DNA of 64,000 bases from Candidatus Latescibacterota bacterium (GCA_965215195.1 CBDCDC010000001.1:992001-1056000), one strand, 5' to 3'; numbered from the stretch's first letter, positions 45,611 to 55,521 are shown. The notes: generated from the sequence alone by a model not told the origin. Translations and numbers: made by a program.

Positions 45611-48600
45611 ATGCCCGACGAAAAGGTACAGAGTACGGAAAACCGCCGAGATACCCAGTGGAGTCGTTTGATTGAGGACATGCATCAGTGGCCTTGGGAT
45701 GCTCCAGAATGGGAAAGCGTTCAAGTTCGAGGATTCATAGACCAAGTCCAGCTCATAGCCGAGCAGAAGTGCCAAGAACGAGAAGAGGCGGGGCGGCTCC
45801 AAATCCAGCAGGTCCTCGATCAATTGCGGGAGGAGCACGAGGCGACTCTCGTCAATTACTTTCTTTGCTCAGGCCTAGCCACGTGGGAAGCGGCTAGCTG
45901 TCCCATTGACCGAATTGACGAGCAGCTAAAGAAGACGCAAGACCTACTGACGCAACTGAATCAACGCCAAATCATCTACCAACAGATTCCACAAAATTAC
46001 TTGGAAGGCCGCAAGAAATGGGCGGAATTGGAGTCCGTAGAGCGTCGTATCCGCAGCTTGGTGGAGCAACTCGACCAAGATTTATCCGCCGCCCTCCCCG
46101 AGTCCCCTCCTTTGGATGGTGTTGCCAAAGAGGATGATCCGCCGCCCCCGCAGCCGCCTAGCCCTGTCCAAGGCCCTTTGGATGATCTCCCTGCTTCCGA
46201 GCAAGGCCCAAAAGCCGAAGAAGACGCGGACTCATCCGAAAAGGTGTTGCAACAGGAAGCCAGTCTTAAAGAAGAAGGCGAGCTAGCACCCCCACCTGCA
46301 CCTCAGTTCCCCGATGAGAAGCCCCTGTCTTTGCGCCCGGCTCAAGAGGTAGCAGTTGTGTTGCAAGAAGACCAATCGGATGAACACTGGGAATCGCTGG
46401 GATGGAGCTTGTTAGCTGAAGATGACTTGGCCGGGGCCTACTGGCTGGCTCGTTCTCTGGAAGCAGCGGGTCGCGACGTAGCGATCGCCCCGGAATTGCT
46501 CGCCGTGCTTCAGGGTTCGCGCTGGTTGGAGAACGATACCGACAGCTTGGTCTCCGATATCCGGCAGATTGTTTCGGAGTGGGAGCGCCAAGGTACTACT
46601 TCTGAGCGGCGGCTGAGTTTGGCCGCGGCTTTGCGCCCCAGCTTGGTTGCCCAGCACACCGGTTTAGTTAGCTGGCTTCCGCAAAGGGAAGAAGTCGATT
46701 CCGTGCTGGGTGCGCTAGCCGAGGCTATTCGCACTTTTGCGTCAGCGGGTCACCCCTTACGGGCCGAAGACATGCAGTCCGTAGAAGGCAGGGAAACTCA
46801 CGAGGAGCAAATTAGAGAGATAGGTGAGCAGGCTCGTCTCTTCTTGGAAAACAATCGAGCTAACAAGAAGTTGAAGGTTAAGCGAGCCACCGATGTGTTG
46901 CATCGCTTGGTGCTTCAAGAAGGGGATTTACACCTTCTTCTTACTCCGATAAGCGAAAATAAGGCCGACCAAGTCGCCCAAGTCCAGCAGCGCATGAAAG
47001 ATTTCGGGGAGCGCAGGCAGATTAAACGTTGCCTCCACCAGATTGACCAAGACCTAGCTGGGGCCAAAAAACGCAAAATCACAGGAGATCCCATCAATCA
47101 GTTGGTGCGGAGTGTCGAAGAAGCGGTCGGTCTGGCTCGACGGTGGTGTTCCCTGATAGCTCAGGAAAAGACTGAACACCAGAAGGGCGACTGGCGGGGC
47201 GAGCGCGTGGAAGCCCTACGCTGTCTAGTACAAGATGTCCTCCCCGACATCAATGACGAACTCAAGCGAATGCAGGCGCCGGAGCAACCGCAAGAAGAAG
47301 TCGCTTTGGGCCGTGTTCTACAGCGATCCATAGGCCAAGTAGCAGGTATGCTCGGCCTAGAGGAGCAAGCCGGTATTGAAGTCCCTGAAACATGGATGAA
47401 GCGCGGAAGCAGTTCACTCGAAGGGGCTTTATCGCGCCGCCTGTTGTATCTCCCCGAAATCTCTCTCGACGAAGATGGCTTGCCTGAAAAGGATCAAGAG
47501 GCTGCTATTGCTGGGTATTTGCGTCAGTCTTTGGCTGAAAAACGCTTCCTTCCTATGGCTTGGGATATGCGGATTGAAGGACAGGATTTTCGTTTTACCG
47601 ATGTATTGCGGGATGTATTGGAGAATGATGCGGATCGCCAACGGCTTGAAGAGCGAAACGACGAGGAGCTCAAAAGTGCTCAAGCGGTGCTAAAGGACAC
47701 TGTCAACAAGGTGGAAGGTGCTATTGAAAAGGGACTCGTGGACGGCCTGATTGCAGAAGAAGAACGCGCCGCTCTCAACGCTGAATTGCCGAGAGCTGAA
47801 GACGCTTTGTACTTCCCACCCTTGTTGCAGCAATTAAGTGATATTGAAAAGCGATTGAACCAAAGGCTCGAAGAACGTTTACAAGAGTTGGAGGTTCAAT
47901 GGAAGGAAATGAGGCAGGGCTTGGAGCAGAGTATCCAAGCCGACCTAACAACCGCGGCGGCATCTATTGAAAGTGCTTTTGTGCACCGCGATACCAGGGT
48001 TATAGAAGAAAGCCTAGCCCACTTGCGCGAAATTCGCGACGGTGAGCGCGAATGGCAGGACGAGTGGTTTATCCGGCCCGACAAGCCCGACATCTTCAAG
48101 AAGTTCCAAGAGGCTTGTCCGCGCATTGAAGAAACACTTAGCAGTTTGCGTAATGTCGCACAACTAGCCGAGGTGATTGAACAAGGCCAAACTTGGGCAG
48201 ACATGGAGTTTGGCGAATTGCCCCAAGAATGCCGGGAGGAGGCAGCTAAAGCTCTGCACTCTTGGCACCAGCTAAAACGCGGACAACAAAATAAAAACCA
48301 AAGGCATATCCAAGTTCTTTTGCAGTACTTGGGTTTCCGCCCGTTGGAAGGAAAACCGGCCGTGAGCGTAGGCGTGAAAAAGCGCGATCAAGATTGGCTC
48401 TACTGCCAAGTGGATGCTTCGGCCAGTGGCCTAGCACGACCCATCCCGCAGTTGGGATCGCAAGCCAGCGGCTGCTACAATGTGGTGTGTTTTTGGACAC
48501 GACCTAGGGCCGCCTCTATTGAAGCGTTTTTGCGCGAATTGGGATTGGATACTAAGACGGTCATTATTTTTTTTCTTGGACGATTGACTGATCGACAGCG

Positions 48601-50833
48601 ATGCGACATAGCTGCACAGGCCAGAAAACGGGAATTAGCGCTGGTCGTGCTAGATGAAATTTTGCTGGTATTTTTGGCTAGGCTTGACGATACTCGCCTG
48701 CCAACCTTCCTGCGTTGTAGCCTGCCCTATGCTGCCCTCAATCCCTATACGCCGTTCCAACCGGGAAATGTACCACCCGAAATGTACTACGGCCGCGATA
48801 AGATGATCCGTCAGCTAAGGGAGGGGTCTTGCATAGTGTTCGGCGGGAGACAGTTGGGCAAATCTTCCCTGTTGCGCCAAGTGGAACGCGAATTTCACCA
48901 ACCTGAGCGCGAGCAATACGCTTGGGTTGAAGACATCAAGCTCGTAGGAGATGTACTTACAGGCGAGCCGCCGGCTCGGCTGTGGATCAAGTTGCGCGAT
49001 GGCTTTAAGAATCATTCGCTAATAAGAGCCACAGAGGCGAACCAGCCTGAAAGAATCAGACAATACATCGAGAAGGCGATGGCGGAGTCTCCTCAACGGC
49101 GAGTTCTGGTTCTATTTGACGAAGCCGATCACTTTCTCTCCGCTGATGCCAAGAACGGCTTCCAAGTGGTTGAGGGCTTGCGGAACTTGATGTCGAATAC
49201 CCAAGGGTACTTCATGGTAGTTTTTGCTGGTCTGCACGATGTCCAGCGTTTTAACAATATCGCCAACCAGCCTCTGGCCCACTTTGGTCGAACTGTGCTG
49301 GTAGGGCCGCTCGAGGCTGGGCCAGCTCAGCAGTTGGTGCAAGAACCGCTAGAGATACTGGGCTATCGGTTCGCCGATGAGACCACGGCACTCAAAGTTC
49401 TGTCCTACACTAATTATCACCCGGGTTTGATACAGTTCTTCTGCCACGAACTCGTCAATCGGCTGCAAGACAAAAGGTATTTATCGGGACCGCCCTATAA
49501 AGTGCTAGCAGACGATGTGGAGGCGGTATATCGCATCCCTAGAGTGCGGCAGGTCATTCGCGAACGACTGGACTGGACTTTGGCCCTAGATGCTCGATAC
49601 CAGTGCATCGCTTGGGCCATGATCTATGCCCAGAAAGAGACACGCGATAGCTATGTCCGTTCATTTAGCGCGGCCGAACTTCTCGAACTGGTGCAAGATT
49701 GGTGGTCTCAAGGCTTTGAGAAATGCGATAGCCAAATTTTCGAGGTATTGCTAGAAGAAATGGTTGGTCTGGGTATATTGATACGCAATTTAGATCAATA
49801 TCTGCTCCGCAGTCCCAATCTGGTTCGCCTCATGGGTACCGTAGAGGATATAGAGTACCGTTTGCTAGAGCTAGCTGAAAAATTTCCGCCGTCCCAACGT
49901 CGCCCTGAAAGTCAGCACGTGTTGCTAGATTCCCAGAGCCGCCTATATAGTCCCTTGACGTTGTCGCAGGAAAGCGATTTGCAAAAAAGTGGGGAGTCGG
50001 GTGTGACGTTAGTCTTTGGCACTCCAGTATTGGGGCAGGATGTGTTGGACCGGGCCTTAAAGCGCATAGGCGGGCGTAAGATTCCCAACCAAGAATTGAC
50101 TAAAGTGGAACAAACCTGTAGGTGGTTGGATGACTACGCTCGGCAACCCCGAGGGGCCGACCAGTCCTTGGCGTATGGTCAACTCAAGGGCACAGGAGGT
50201 AACATGGCCCAGTGCGTCTGGCGTGTATGGAATATGTGTGAAACCGTTAAGAAAGGACGAAGACGGCCTCTAAAAGTGGTTTTTATTCTTAATCCCGCGG
50301 CCACTCGGTCTTGGCTAAAGGTGGCTGCGGACCAGCGCACAGATCGAGAAAATAAGGCGGGTCTCGTTTATCTGCATCGTTGGGACGAAGTGGGCATTCA
50401 GCAGCGGTTGAGCCAAGCCGAGAAGCTGGATTCGCCCGAAGTCTGCCAGAAAGTCTTGGAAGCTACAGGGGGATGGTCCGTCTTGCTGGACGCTCTTTTG
50501 CAGCAGTGTGGCGACCATACCGATCCGCGACCTTATGCAGATACCTTGATCGAGGAGATGGGGTCTGAGTTGTTGCATCAGATTGGATTGGATGAGCGGG
50601 AGTCGCGCGTATTGCGGAAGTTGGCGGCACTCGGCACCGTCCAAGATACGGATGAAGATTTAGAGACGTTGATAAGTTTTATTAATGAAGACATTCCCAC
50701 AGATGACGATTCTCTTGCGCTAGATGACTGTAGGCTGACGGTAGAGTTTTTGCACCGACTGCAATGCCTTGAAAAGAAGAACGGGGAATACTGCGTGGAG
50801 TCCGTCTTGAGTCGAGTAATTAACCCTCTATGA
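45611..50833 (+). CDS. Large (1740 aa) STAND/AAA-like P-loop ATPase with long helical N-terminus
   Basis: NPY...YYGR pre-motif, Walker A GGRQLGKSS (nt ~48842), Walker B VLFDEAD, VVFAGLH, YTNYHPGLIQ; GAGG RBS before ATG 45611. Confidence 0.82.
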   Translation: MPDEKVQSTENRRDTQWSRLIEDMHQWPWDAPEWESVQVRGFIDQVQLIAEQKCQEREEAGRLQIQQVLDQLREEHEATLVNYFLCSGLATWEAASCPIDRIDEQLKKTQDLLTQLNQRQIIYQQIPQNYLEGRKKWAELESVERRIRSLVEQLDQDLSAALPESPPLDGVAKEDDPPPPQPPSPVQGPLDDLPASEQGPKAEEDADSSEKVLQQEASLKEEGELAPPPAPQFPDEKPLSLRPAQEVAVVLQEDQSDEHWESLGWSLLAEDDLAGAYWLARSLEAAGRDVAIAPELLAVLQGSRWLENDTDSLVSDIRQIVSEWERQGTTSERRLSLAAALRPSLVAQHTGLVSWLPQREEVDSVLGALAEAIRTFASAGHPLRAEDMQSVEGRETHEEQIREIGEQARLFLENNRANKKLKVKRATDVLHRLVLQEGDLHLLLTPISENKADQVAQVQQRMKDFGERRQIKRCLHQIDQDLAGAKKRKITGDPINQLVRSVEEAVGLARRWCSLIAQEKTEHQKGDWRGERVEALRCLVQDVLPDINDELKRMQAPEQPQEEVALGRVLQRSIGQVAGMLGLEEQAGIEVPETWMKRGSSSLEGALSRRLLYLPEISLDEDGLPEKDQEAAIAGYLRQSLAEKRFLPMAWDMRIEGQDFRFTDVLRDVLENDADRQRLEERNDEELKSAQAVLKDTVNKVEGAIEKGLVDGLIAEEERAALNAELPRAEDALYFPPLLQQLSDIEKRLNQRLEERLQELEVQWKEMRQGLEQSIQADLTTAAASIESAFVHRDTRVIEESLAHLREIRDGEREWQDEWFIRPDKPDIFKKFQEACPRIEETLSSLRNVAQLAEVIEQGQTWADMEFGELPQECREEAAKALHSWHQLKRGQQNKNQRHIQVLLQYLGFRPLEGKPAVSVGVKKRDQDWLYCQVDASASGLARPIPQLGSQASGCYNVVCFWTRPRAASIEAFLRELGLDTKTVIIFFLGRLTDRQRCDIAAQARKRELALVVLDEILLVFLARLDDTRLPTFLRCSLPYAALNPYTPFQPGNVPPEMYYGRDKMIRQLREGSCIVFGGRQLGKSSLLRQVEREFHQPEREQYAWVEDIKLVGDVLTGEPPARLWIKLRDGFKNHSLIRATEANQPERIRQYIEKAMAESPQRRVLVLFDEADHFLSADAKNGFQVVEGLRNLMSNTQGYFMVVFAGLHDVQRFNNIANQPLAHFGRTVLVGPLEAGPAQQLVQEPLEILGYRFADETTALKVLSYTNYHPGLIQFFCHELVNRLQDKRYLSGPPYKVLADDVEAVYRIPRVRQVIRERLDWTLALDARYQCIAWAMIYAQKETRDSYVRSFSAAELLELVQDWWSQGFEKCDSQIFEVLLEEMVGLGILIRNLDQYLLRSPNLVRLMGTVEDIEYRLLELAEKFPPSQRRPESQHVLLDSQSRLYSPLTLSQESDLQKSGESGVTLVFGTPVLGQDVLDRALKRIGGRKIPNQELTKVEQTCRWLDDYARQPRGADQSLAYGQLKGTGGNMAQCVWRVWNMCETVKKGRRRPLKVVFILNPAATRSWLKVAADQRTDRENKAGLVYLHRWDEVGIQQRLSQAEKLDSPEVCQKVLEATGGWSVLLDALLQQCGDHTDPRPYADTLIEEMGSELLHQIGLDERESRVLRKLAALGTVQDTDEDLETLISFINEDIPTDDDSLALDDCRLTVEFLHRLQCLEKKNGEYCVESVLSRVINPL

Positions 50834-52101
50834 GCTTGGGACTGACCACTTCCCTCATGCAGATGCCCACGGTCCGACAATTGCTCGGCCTTATGCTGCG
50901 CGACCTGCGCACTGGCCGCAGTGTGTTGGGCTTGCTACCCGAAGGAGTTGACGCCAGTCTGCTGCGGTCGGTTTTATGGGATGGTCTGGAGCACTTGCAT
51001 CTGCATATTCAAGAGGTCGCCATAGCGAATTTAGACGCCCAAATGCCAGTAGCTGCTTTGGGCCAAGCGATGGGAGTGGATTGGGGTGCTCCCACTGCGG
51101 GGCGCACGGTAAGGAATTTCTTAAAACAAGCGGATTTGCCTGAAGTATTGTTCCTCGAGGGCTTTGATGAACTGGCTGAAGAAGGCGGAGTTCAGTGGTT
51201 GCGATTTATGGAGAGGTGGGCGCGAGAGTGCCAAGGTGGGGACTATGCTGACACGAGTCCTCCGGCACTATGTCTGCTGGCTGAAGCAGCAAAAGTGCCT
51301 TACCCACTTTCCTCAACAAATGTCTTGTTGTCCATTCACGTCTGGCGGGGTATCCCCACTACTGCGGAAGTGCGGTTGTTGTGCCAAGTAGTCGGCGAGC
51401 AGGATACTACTCCTTTAAGCCGTTGGAAAGAGCATACGATTCCATCTATTGCGGGTTCTGACTTGGAGTTGGCCGATTATTTGTGGGAAGAAGACTATTG
51501 CGATGGAGAGGAATTGGTCGCTGTACTGCAGGCTTTTGCTGAGAGGCGCGGCTGGAATCAGGACGAGTTGCATAGACTTCCTTGGGAGGCGACGTATTGG
51601 ACAGATGACTGGCCGTTGTCGCCTCATTTATACAGGGCTTGGGCCCGGGGGCTAGTGCATTGGACTCCAGAGCACGGTGTAGAACGCCACAGCGCGGTCT
51701 TGGCTCTACTGGATCAACAAGAAGCCTTAGATCATCGCCTGTGGCGCGGTCAGGCCGAATTTCTCTTGGCCCAAACTAACCAAATACGACTGGCTTTATG
51801 CGCTCACCTCAACGAAGCCTATGGACCGGCTTGGCCCTATAAGTGGCAAAAACCGGAGACAGATATAGAATGTCAGGAGGTACAAAGTACGCCCTTTGCC
51901 TGTCAGTGGGGGCATCTGAAATTTTTGCTGCAAAACTGCGCGGAACTGCATAGAGAACGACGGTGGTATTCCCTAGTGGAATGCTCGTGGCGCATTCGCA
52001 CGGCATTGGCTCACTATCGCTCTATATCTCTGAAAGAATACGAAAAGTTCTGCTGGGAACTAAAGCGCAGTCATCAGGGCGGCCTGAGGATCGTTTGGTG
52101 A
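50830..52101 (+). CDS. Hypothetical protein (423 aa), partner of the large ATPase; possibly a degenerate P-loop fold
   Basis: ATGA overlap with the ATPase gene; GRSVLGLLP and VLFLEGFD segments; Trp-rich; no catalytic motif recognised. Confidence 0.75.
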   Translation: MSLGLTTSLMQMPTVRQLLGLMLRDLRTGRSVLGLLPEGVDASLLRSVLWDGLEHLHLHIQEVAIANLDAQMPVAALGQAMGVDWGAPTAGRTVRNFLKQADLPEVLFLEGFDELAEEGGVQWLRFMERWARECQGGDYADTSPPALCLLAEAAKVPYPLSSTNVLLSIHVWRGIPTTAEVRLLCQVVGEQDTTPLSRWKEHTIPSIAGSDLELADYLWEEDYCDGEELVAVLQAFAERRGWNQDELHRLPWEATYWTDDWPLSPHLYRAWARGLVHWTPEHGVERHSAVLALLDQQEALDHRLWRGQAEFLLAQTNQIRLALCAHLNEAYGPAWPYKWQKPETDIECQEVQSTPFACQWGHLKFLLQNCAELHRERRWYSLVECSWRIRTALAHYRSISLKEYEKFCWELKRSHQGGLRIVW

Positions 52102-52102
52102 T

Positions 52103-52124
52103 CATCGGCCGCCATCTGAACTGA
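52103..52124 (+). repeat. Right 22-bp direct repeat
   Basis: CATCGGCCGCCATCTGAACTGA, between the stop at 52101 and the permease ATG at 52127. Confidence 0.95.
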
Positions 52125-52126
52125 CT

Positions 52127-53086
52127 ATGGAACGCCTACGCAAACTCATGCGGCACAACGACGCCGGAATCGCCTTGTCCGCGGGGTTGCTGTTTGTGGG
52201 ATGTGCGCTCAGCTCGGAGAGCTTTCTGTCGGCGTACAACCTCTTCAATATCTCGCGGGTCGTTGCGTTTTCGGTGTTGGTGGCGCTGGCGCAGGCGGTG
52301 GTGCTGGTCGCCGGGGGGATGAACCTATCCGTGGGGGCCATCGGCGGCTTGGCGACCATCACCACTGGATACTGCATCCAAGTGTTGGGCCTGCCGGGGT
52401 GGTTAGCGGCGCTGGTGGCACTGGGGATCGGGGGCGCGGCCGGGTGGGTCAACGGGGTCGTCATCACGCGGTTGCAGATCAATTCCTTTATCGCCACGCT
52501 GGCTACGCTTTTTGTCTTTACAGGGCTGGTGCATGGGTTTTCCGAAGGCTACGCCTACACGGACATCCCGCGGGAATTCACGTTTTTGGGGCGGCAGAAG
52601 TTTTTGGGGCTGTCGAATTTGTTCTGGACGATGGGGCTGGTGCTGCTGGCGACTCACTACGCATTCCGGCACACGGTCTTTGGGCGGCGGCTGTTGGCGA
52701 CCGGGGGGAATCAGGAGGCCGCTAGGTTGGCCGGGATCCATACCGAGCGGATGATTTTGCTATCGCACGTGCTGTCGGGCGGCGTGGGTGCGCTGGCTGC
52801 GGTGTTGTGGGTGTCGCGGATGGGCTCGGCGCAACCGGCGACGGGCAAGGATTGGCTGATAACCAGCTTTGCGGTGGCTATTGTCGGCGGGACTGGGCTG
52901 GCCGGCGGGCGCATCTCGGCACTGGGCCTGCTGCTGGGGGCGGTTATCATCGTCCTCATCAAGAACGGCTTGGTGATGCTGGAGGCCAATGTGTACTACG
53001 AGCAGGCGTTTCTGGGGTCGATCATCCTGTTGGCCGTGGTAGTGAGTCGGGTGCGGGAGCTGTACGGTGGGCGGGGCGGAGCGTGA
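52127..53086 (+). CDS. Sugar ABC transporter permease (RbsC-like)
   Basis: GGMNLSVG, INSFIATLA, FGRRLLATGGNQEAARLAGI and AVAIVGGTGLAGG motifs. Confidence 0.93.
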   Translation: MERLRKLMRHNDAGIALSAGLLFVGCALSSESFLSAYNLFNISRVVAFSVLVALAQAVVLVAGGMNLSVGAIGGLATITTGYCIQVLGLPGWLAALVALGIGGAAGWVNGVVITRLQINSFIATLATLFVFTGLVHGFSEGYAYTDIPREFTFLGRQKFLGLSNLFWTMGLVLLATHYAFRHTVFGRRLLATGGNQEAARLAGIHTERMILLSHVLSGGVGALAAVLWVSRMGSAQPATGKDWLITSFAVAIVGGTGLAGGRISALGLLLGAVIIVLIKNGLVMLEANVYYEQAFLGSIILLAVVVSRVRELYGGRGGA

Positions 53087-53147
53087 GGGTTGTGAATTGG
53101 CCCCACCTCACTTAGGCTGAATCCACTTGGAAGGGTAAAGGAGTGCC

Positions 53148-54200
53148 ATGAAGGTCCTCATCACCGGCGGTACCGGCTATATCGGCAGTCATGCAGCGGT
53201 TGAATTGTTGAAGGCCGGCAACGACGTAGTACTGTTTGACAACTTCTCAACCAGCACGTCGCAGGTCGCCGCCGCCATTGGGGCCATTGCCGACCGCGAG
53301 ACCCCGCTCATCGTCGGCGATGTCCGCGACCTTGGCGCGTTGAACGCGGCGTTTGAAACGGACGCCTTCGATGCTGTCTTGCACCTCGCCGGTGCCAAGG
53401 CGGTCGGCGAGTCGGTCGCGTTTCCCCTTGCGTACTACGACAACAACGTCTGCGGTACCGTGCGCCTGCTCGAATGCATGGCGGCGCACGACGTCAAAAC
53501 CCTCGTTTTTAGCTCGTCAGCGACCGTGTACGGGGTCCCGGAGAGGATGCCCATTGGTGAGGATAGCCGGCTGGCACCGACCAATCCCTACGGACGCAGC
53601 AAGCTGATCGTCGAGAACATGCTCAAAGACCTGCATCGCGCCGACGGGTGCTGGCGCATCTCAATTTTGCGCTACTTCAATCCGGTGGGGGGCCACGCCA
53701 GTGGCCAACTCGGCGAGGACCCATGCGGAGTCTCCAGTAATTTGATGCCGTGTATTGGGCAGGTAGCCCTAGGGCGGCAACCGCATTTAGCCATCTTTGG
53801 CGACGACTATCCCACGCCAGACGGGACCTGCATACGCGACTACATCCACGTGGTCGATCTGGCCAAGGGGCACCTGCAAGCGCTGGCATTCCTCGCCGCC
53901 GGTCCCAAGCTGGCTATCCACAATCTCGGCACCGGAGTGGGGTATAGCGTAAGAGAGGTCGTCCGCGCCTTTGAGGCCGCGTCGGGACGCCCCATCCCTT
54001 GCAAGGTTGTAGGGCGACGCCCCGGCGATATTGCCGCGTGCTATGCGGACCCGTCGCGGGCTTGGGAGGAACTGGGGTGGAAGGCCGCATTCGGGCTCGA
54101 ACAAATGTGCCAAGACGCTTGGCATTCTCTATGCGGCCAGAATTTTGGTGGGGCCAGCGCGTCGCACAAATTTGGACGCCCGCCGACTGCAAAAACATAG
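53148..54200 (+). CDS. galE: UDP-glucose 4-epimerase
   Basis: GGTGYIGSH, KAVGES, FSSSATVYG, YGRSK, LRYFNPVG, DGTCIRDYIHVVDLA. Confidence 0.96.
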   Translation: MKVLITGGTGYIGSHAAVELLKAGNDVVLFDNFSTSTSQVAAAIGAIADRETPLIVGDVRDLGALNAAFETDAFDAVLHLAGAKAVGESVAFPLAYYDNNVCGTVRLLECMAAHDVKTLVFSSSATVYGVPERMPIGEDSRLAPTNPYGRSKLIVENMLKDLHRADGCWRISILRYFNPVGGHASGQLGEDPCGVSSNLMPCIGQVALGRQPHLAIFGDDYPTPDGTCIRDYIHVVDLAKGHLQALAFLAAGPKLAIHNLGTGVGYSVREVVRAFEAASGRPIPCKVVGRRPGDIAACYADPSRAWEELGWKAAFGLEQMCQDAWHSLCGQNFGGASASHKFGRPPTAKT

Positions 54201-54296
54201 GATCACATACATATTTTGCACATGTTAAACACTTGGAGTGGTCCAATGATCTTCGGCAAAGAATTGTTGCAACAGGCTCAATGCCCTGAGTGGATG

Positions 54297-54612
54297 TCAC
54301 TCGGACAGGCTTTTCTCCAGTGCTTGCGCGATCCAGCTATTCAGGCTTAGGCCGCTCTCCGCCGCCGAGTGCGCAACGCGCTTATGTAAGTCTGGTCCGA
54401 GCCGCACGTTGAGCTTGCGGCTCGATGCCGTCTTCCTCACAGGACTTGAGATATTCGTCGATGGAGCGGTGGAACTCGCGCCGAATCCCCTCGACGTCGG
54501 TTGCTTCAAAGGTGGCAATCGGATAAGCACCGCTGTTGACGACCCGTCCGTGAAGGCGGCCCACGGAATCGTCGAATTCGACCTCGGCGGTGTATCCCTT
54601 GTAGTTCATCAT
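54297..54612 (-). pseudogene. hicB: HicB-family antitoxin, frameshifted
   Basis: MNYKGYTAEVEFD...HGRV...FHRSIDEYLKSCEEDGIEP in one frame; RHH half KLNVRLGPDLHKRVA..AAESGLSLNSWI in another. Break near 54415-54420. Confidence 0.8.
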
Positions 54613-54660
54613 GGCTTGACTCCTACGGCTTTGAGGAACGCGGCGATGTCGCGCACCGTG
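54609..54660 (-). pseudogene. HicA toxin C-terminal remnant
   Basis: TVRDIAAFLKAVGVKP* overlaps the hicB start (ATGA); upstream sequence does not resemble HicA. Confidence 0.5.
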
Positions 54661-54758
54661 AGGTCCATCACATCCTGTTCGGACGCTGGGACGAGGATGA
54701 GTTCGCCCAGATTCAGCAGAAGATCGATTCCGAAATGCGAGATATCCCTCAGAGACGG

Positions 54759-55103
54759 ATGGCGACCAAGGACAACGACATACGCGCTATCGTCTCGTGT
54801 CTGTTGACTTGTGATCCCTATAGGGTCGTGCTTTTCGGCTCCTATGCCTTGGGGACGGAGGGGATGGGCAGCGATATTGATCTATTGGTCATCCTCGATT
54901 CTGAGGTCATCTCACAGACCTATCAGGAAAGAATGAAAAGAAGGCTTACAGTGAGGGACAGTATCCAAGAGATCAATAAACAGATTCCTATTGACCTCAT
55001 CGTCTATACTAAAGCCGAGTACGAACTTCTGCAGAGGCATGGCACTTCTTTTTTGAACGAGATAGAACGTTTAGGGAAGACGTTGTATGAAAAGGCAAGC
55101 TAA
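54759..55103 (+). CDS. Minimal nucleotidyltransferase (MNT) antitoxin
   Basis: VVLFGSYA.G...SDIDLLVI...PIDLIVYT...EIERLGKTLYE. Start 54759 (alternative 54735). Confidence 0.88.
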   Translation: MATKDNDIRAIVSCLLTCDPYRVVLFGSYALGTEGMGSDIDLLVILDSEVISQTYQERMKRRLTVRDSIQEINKQIPIDLIVYTKAEYELLQRHGTSFLNEIERLGKTLYEKAS

Positions 55104-55521
55104 GGCGTGGCTGGATTCGGCTCGCGATGACTTGGGGGTTGTAGAAGAAATCATCAACCGCGACGACCTGACGCACATGGTTGCCTTCCACTGCCAGCAG
55201 GCGGTCGAGAAATCGTTCAAAGCTGTTCTCGAAGAGTACGAGCAAACCGCACCAAGAGTCCATGACCTGATCACGCTCCGCCATCAGACTGAAAAGTATA
55301 TCAGGCTCGAGGTAGAATCGAAGCTTCTGAACCAATTGAATGAACTGTACATCGATGCGAGGTATCCCTCGGATTTCGGGCTACTCCCGGGCGGAAAACC
55401 ACCAAAGGAACTAGCCCAGAAGATGTACCATCTCGCTCGAAAGTTCGCTAGTACGCCCCCTCCTCTCCCGGCTCGCCCTCCTCTGGATAGAGCACTACCC
55501 GCACGTAGCGGTCCATGTTGA
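55087..55521 (+). CDS. HEPN domain protein
   Basis: WLDSARDDL...AFHCQQAVEKSFKA...HDL...YIDARYP. The 3' end runs 74 nt antisense into the convergent peptidase gene. Confidence 0.85.
   Translation: MKRQAKAWLDSARDDLGVVEEIINRDDLTHMVAFHCQQAVEKSFKAVLEEYEQTAPRVHDLITLRHQTEKYIRLEVESKLLNQLNELYIDARYPSDFGLLPGGKPPKELAQKMYHLARKFASTPPPLPARPPLDRALPARSGPC

Larger units (their letters stand above)
45477..52124. mobile_element. 6.6-kb two-gene insertion flanked by 22-bp direct repeats, no integrase
   Basis: Perfect direct repeat at both ends. Removing it puts the ATPase stop 2 nt before the permease ATG. Sequence is visibly more AT-rich than the flanks. Confidence 0.85.

Noticed and set aside
54236-54275. WSNDLRQRIVA resembling an IS630 N-terminal motif
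   Set aside because: Too short, with no further transposase sequence.
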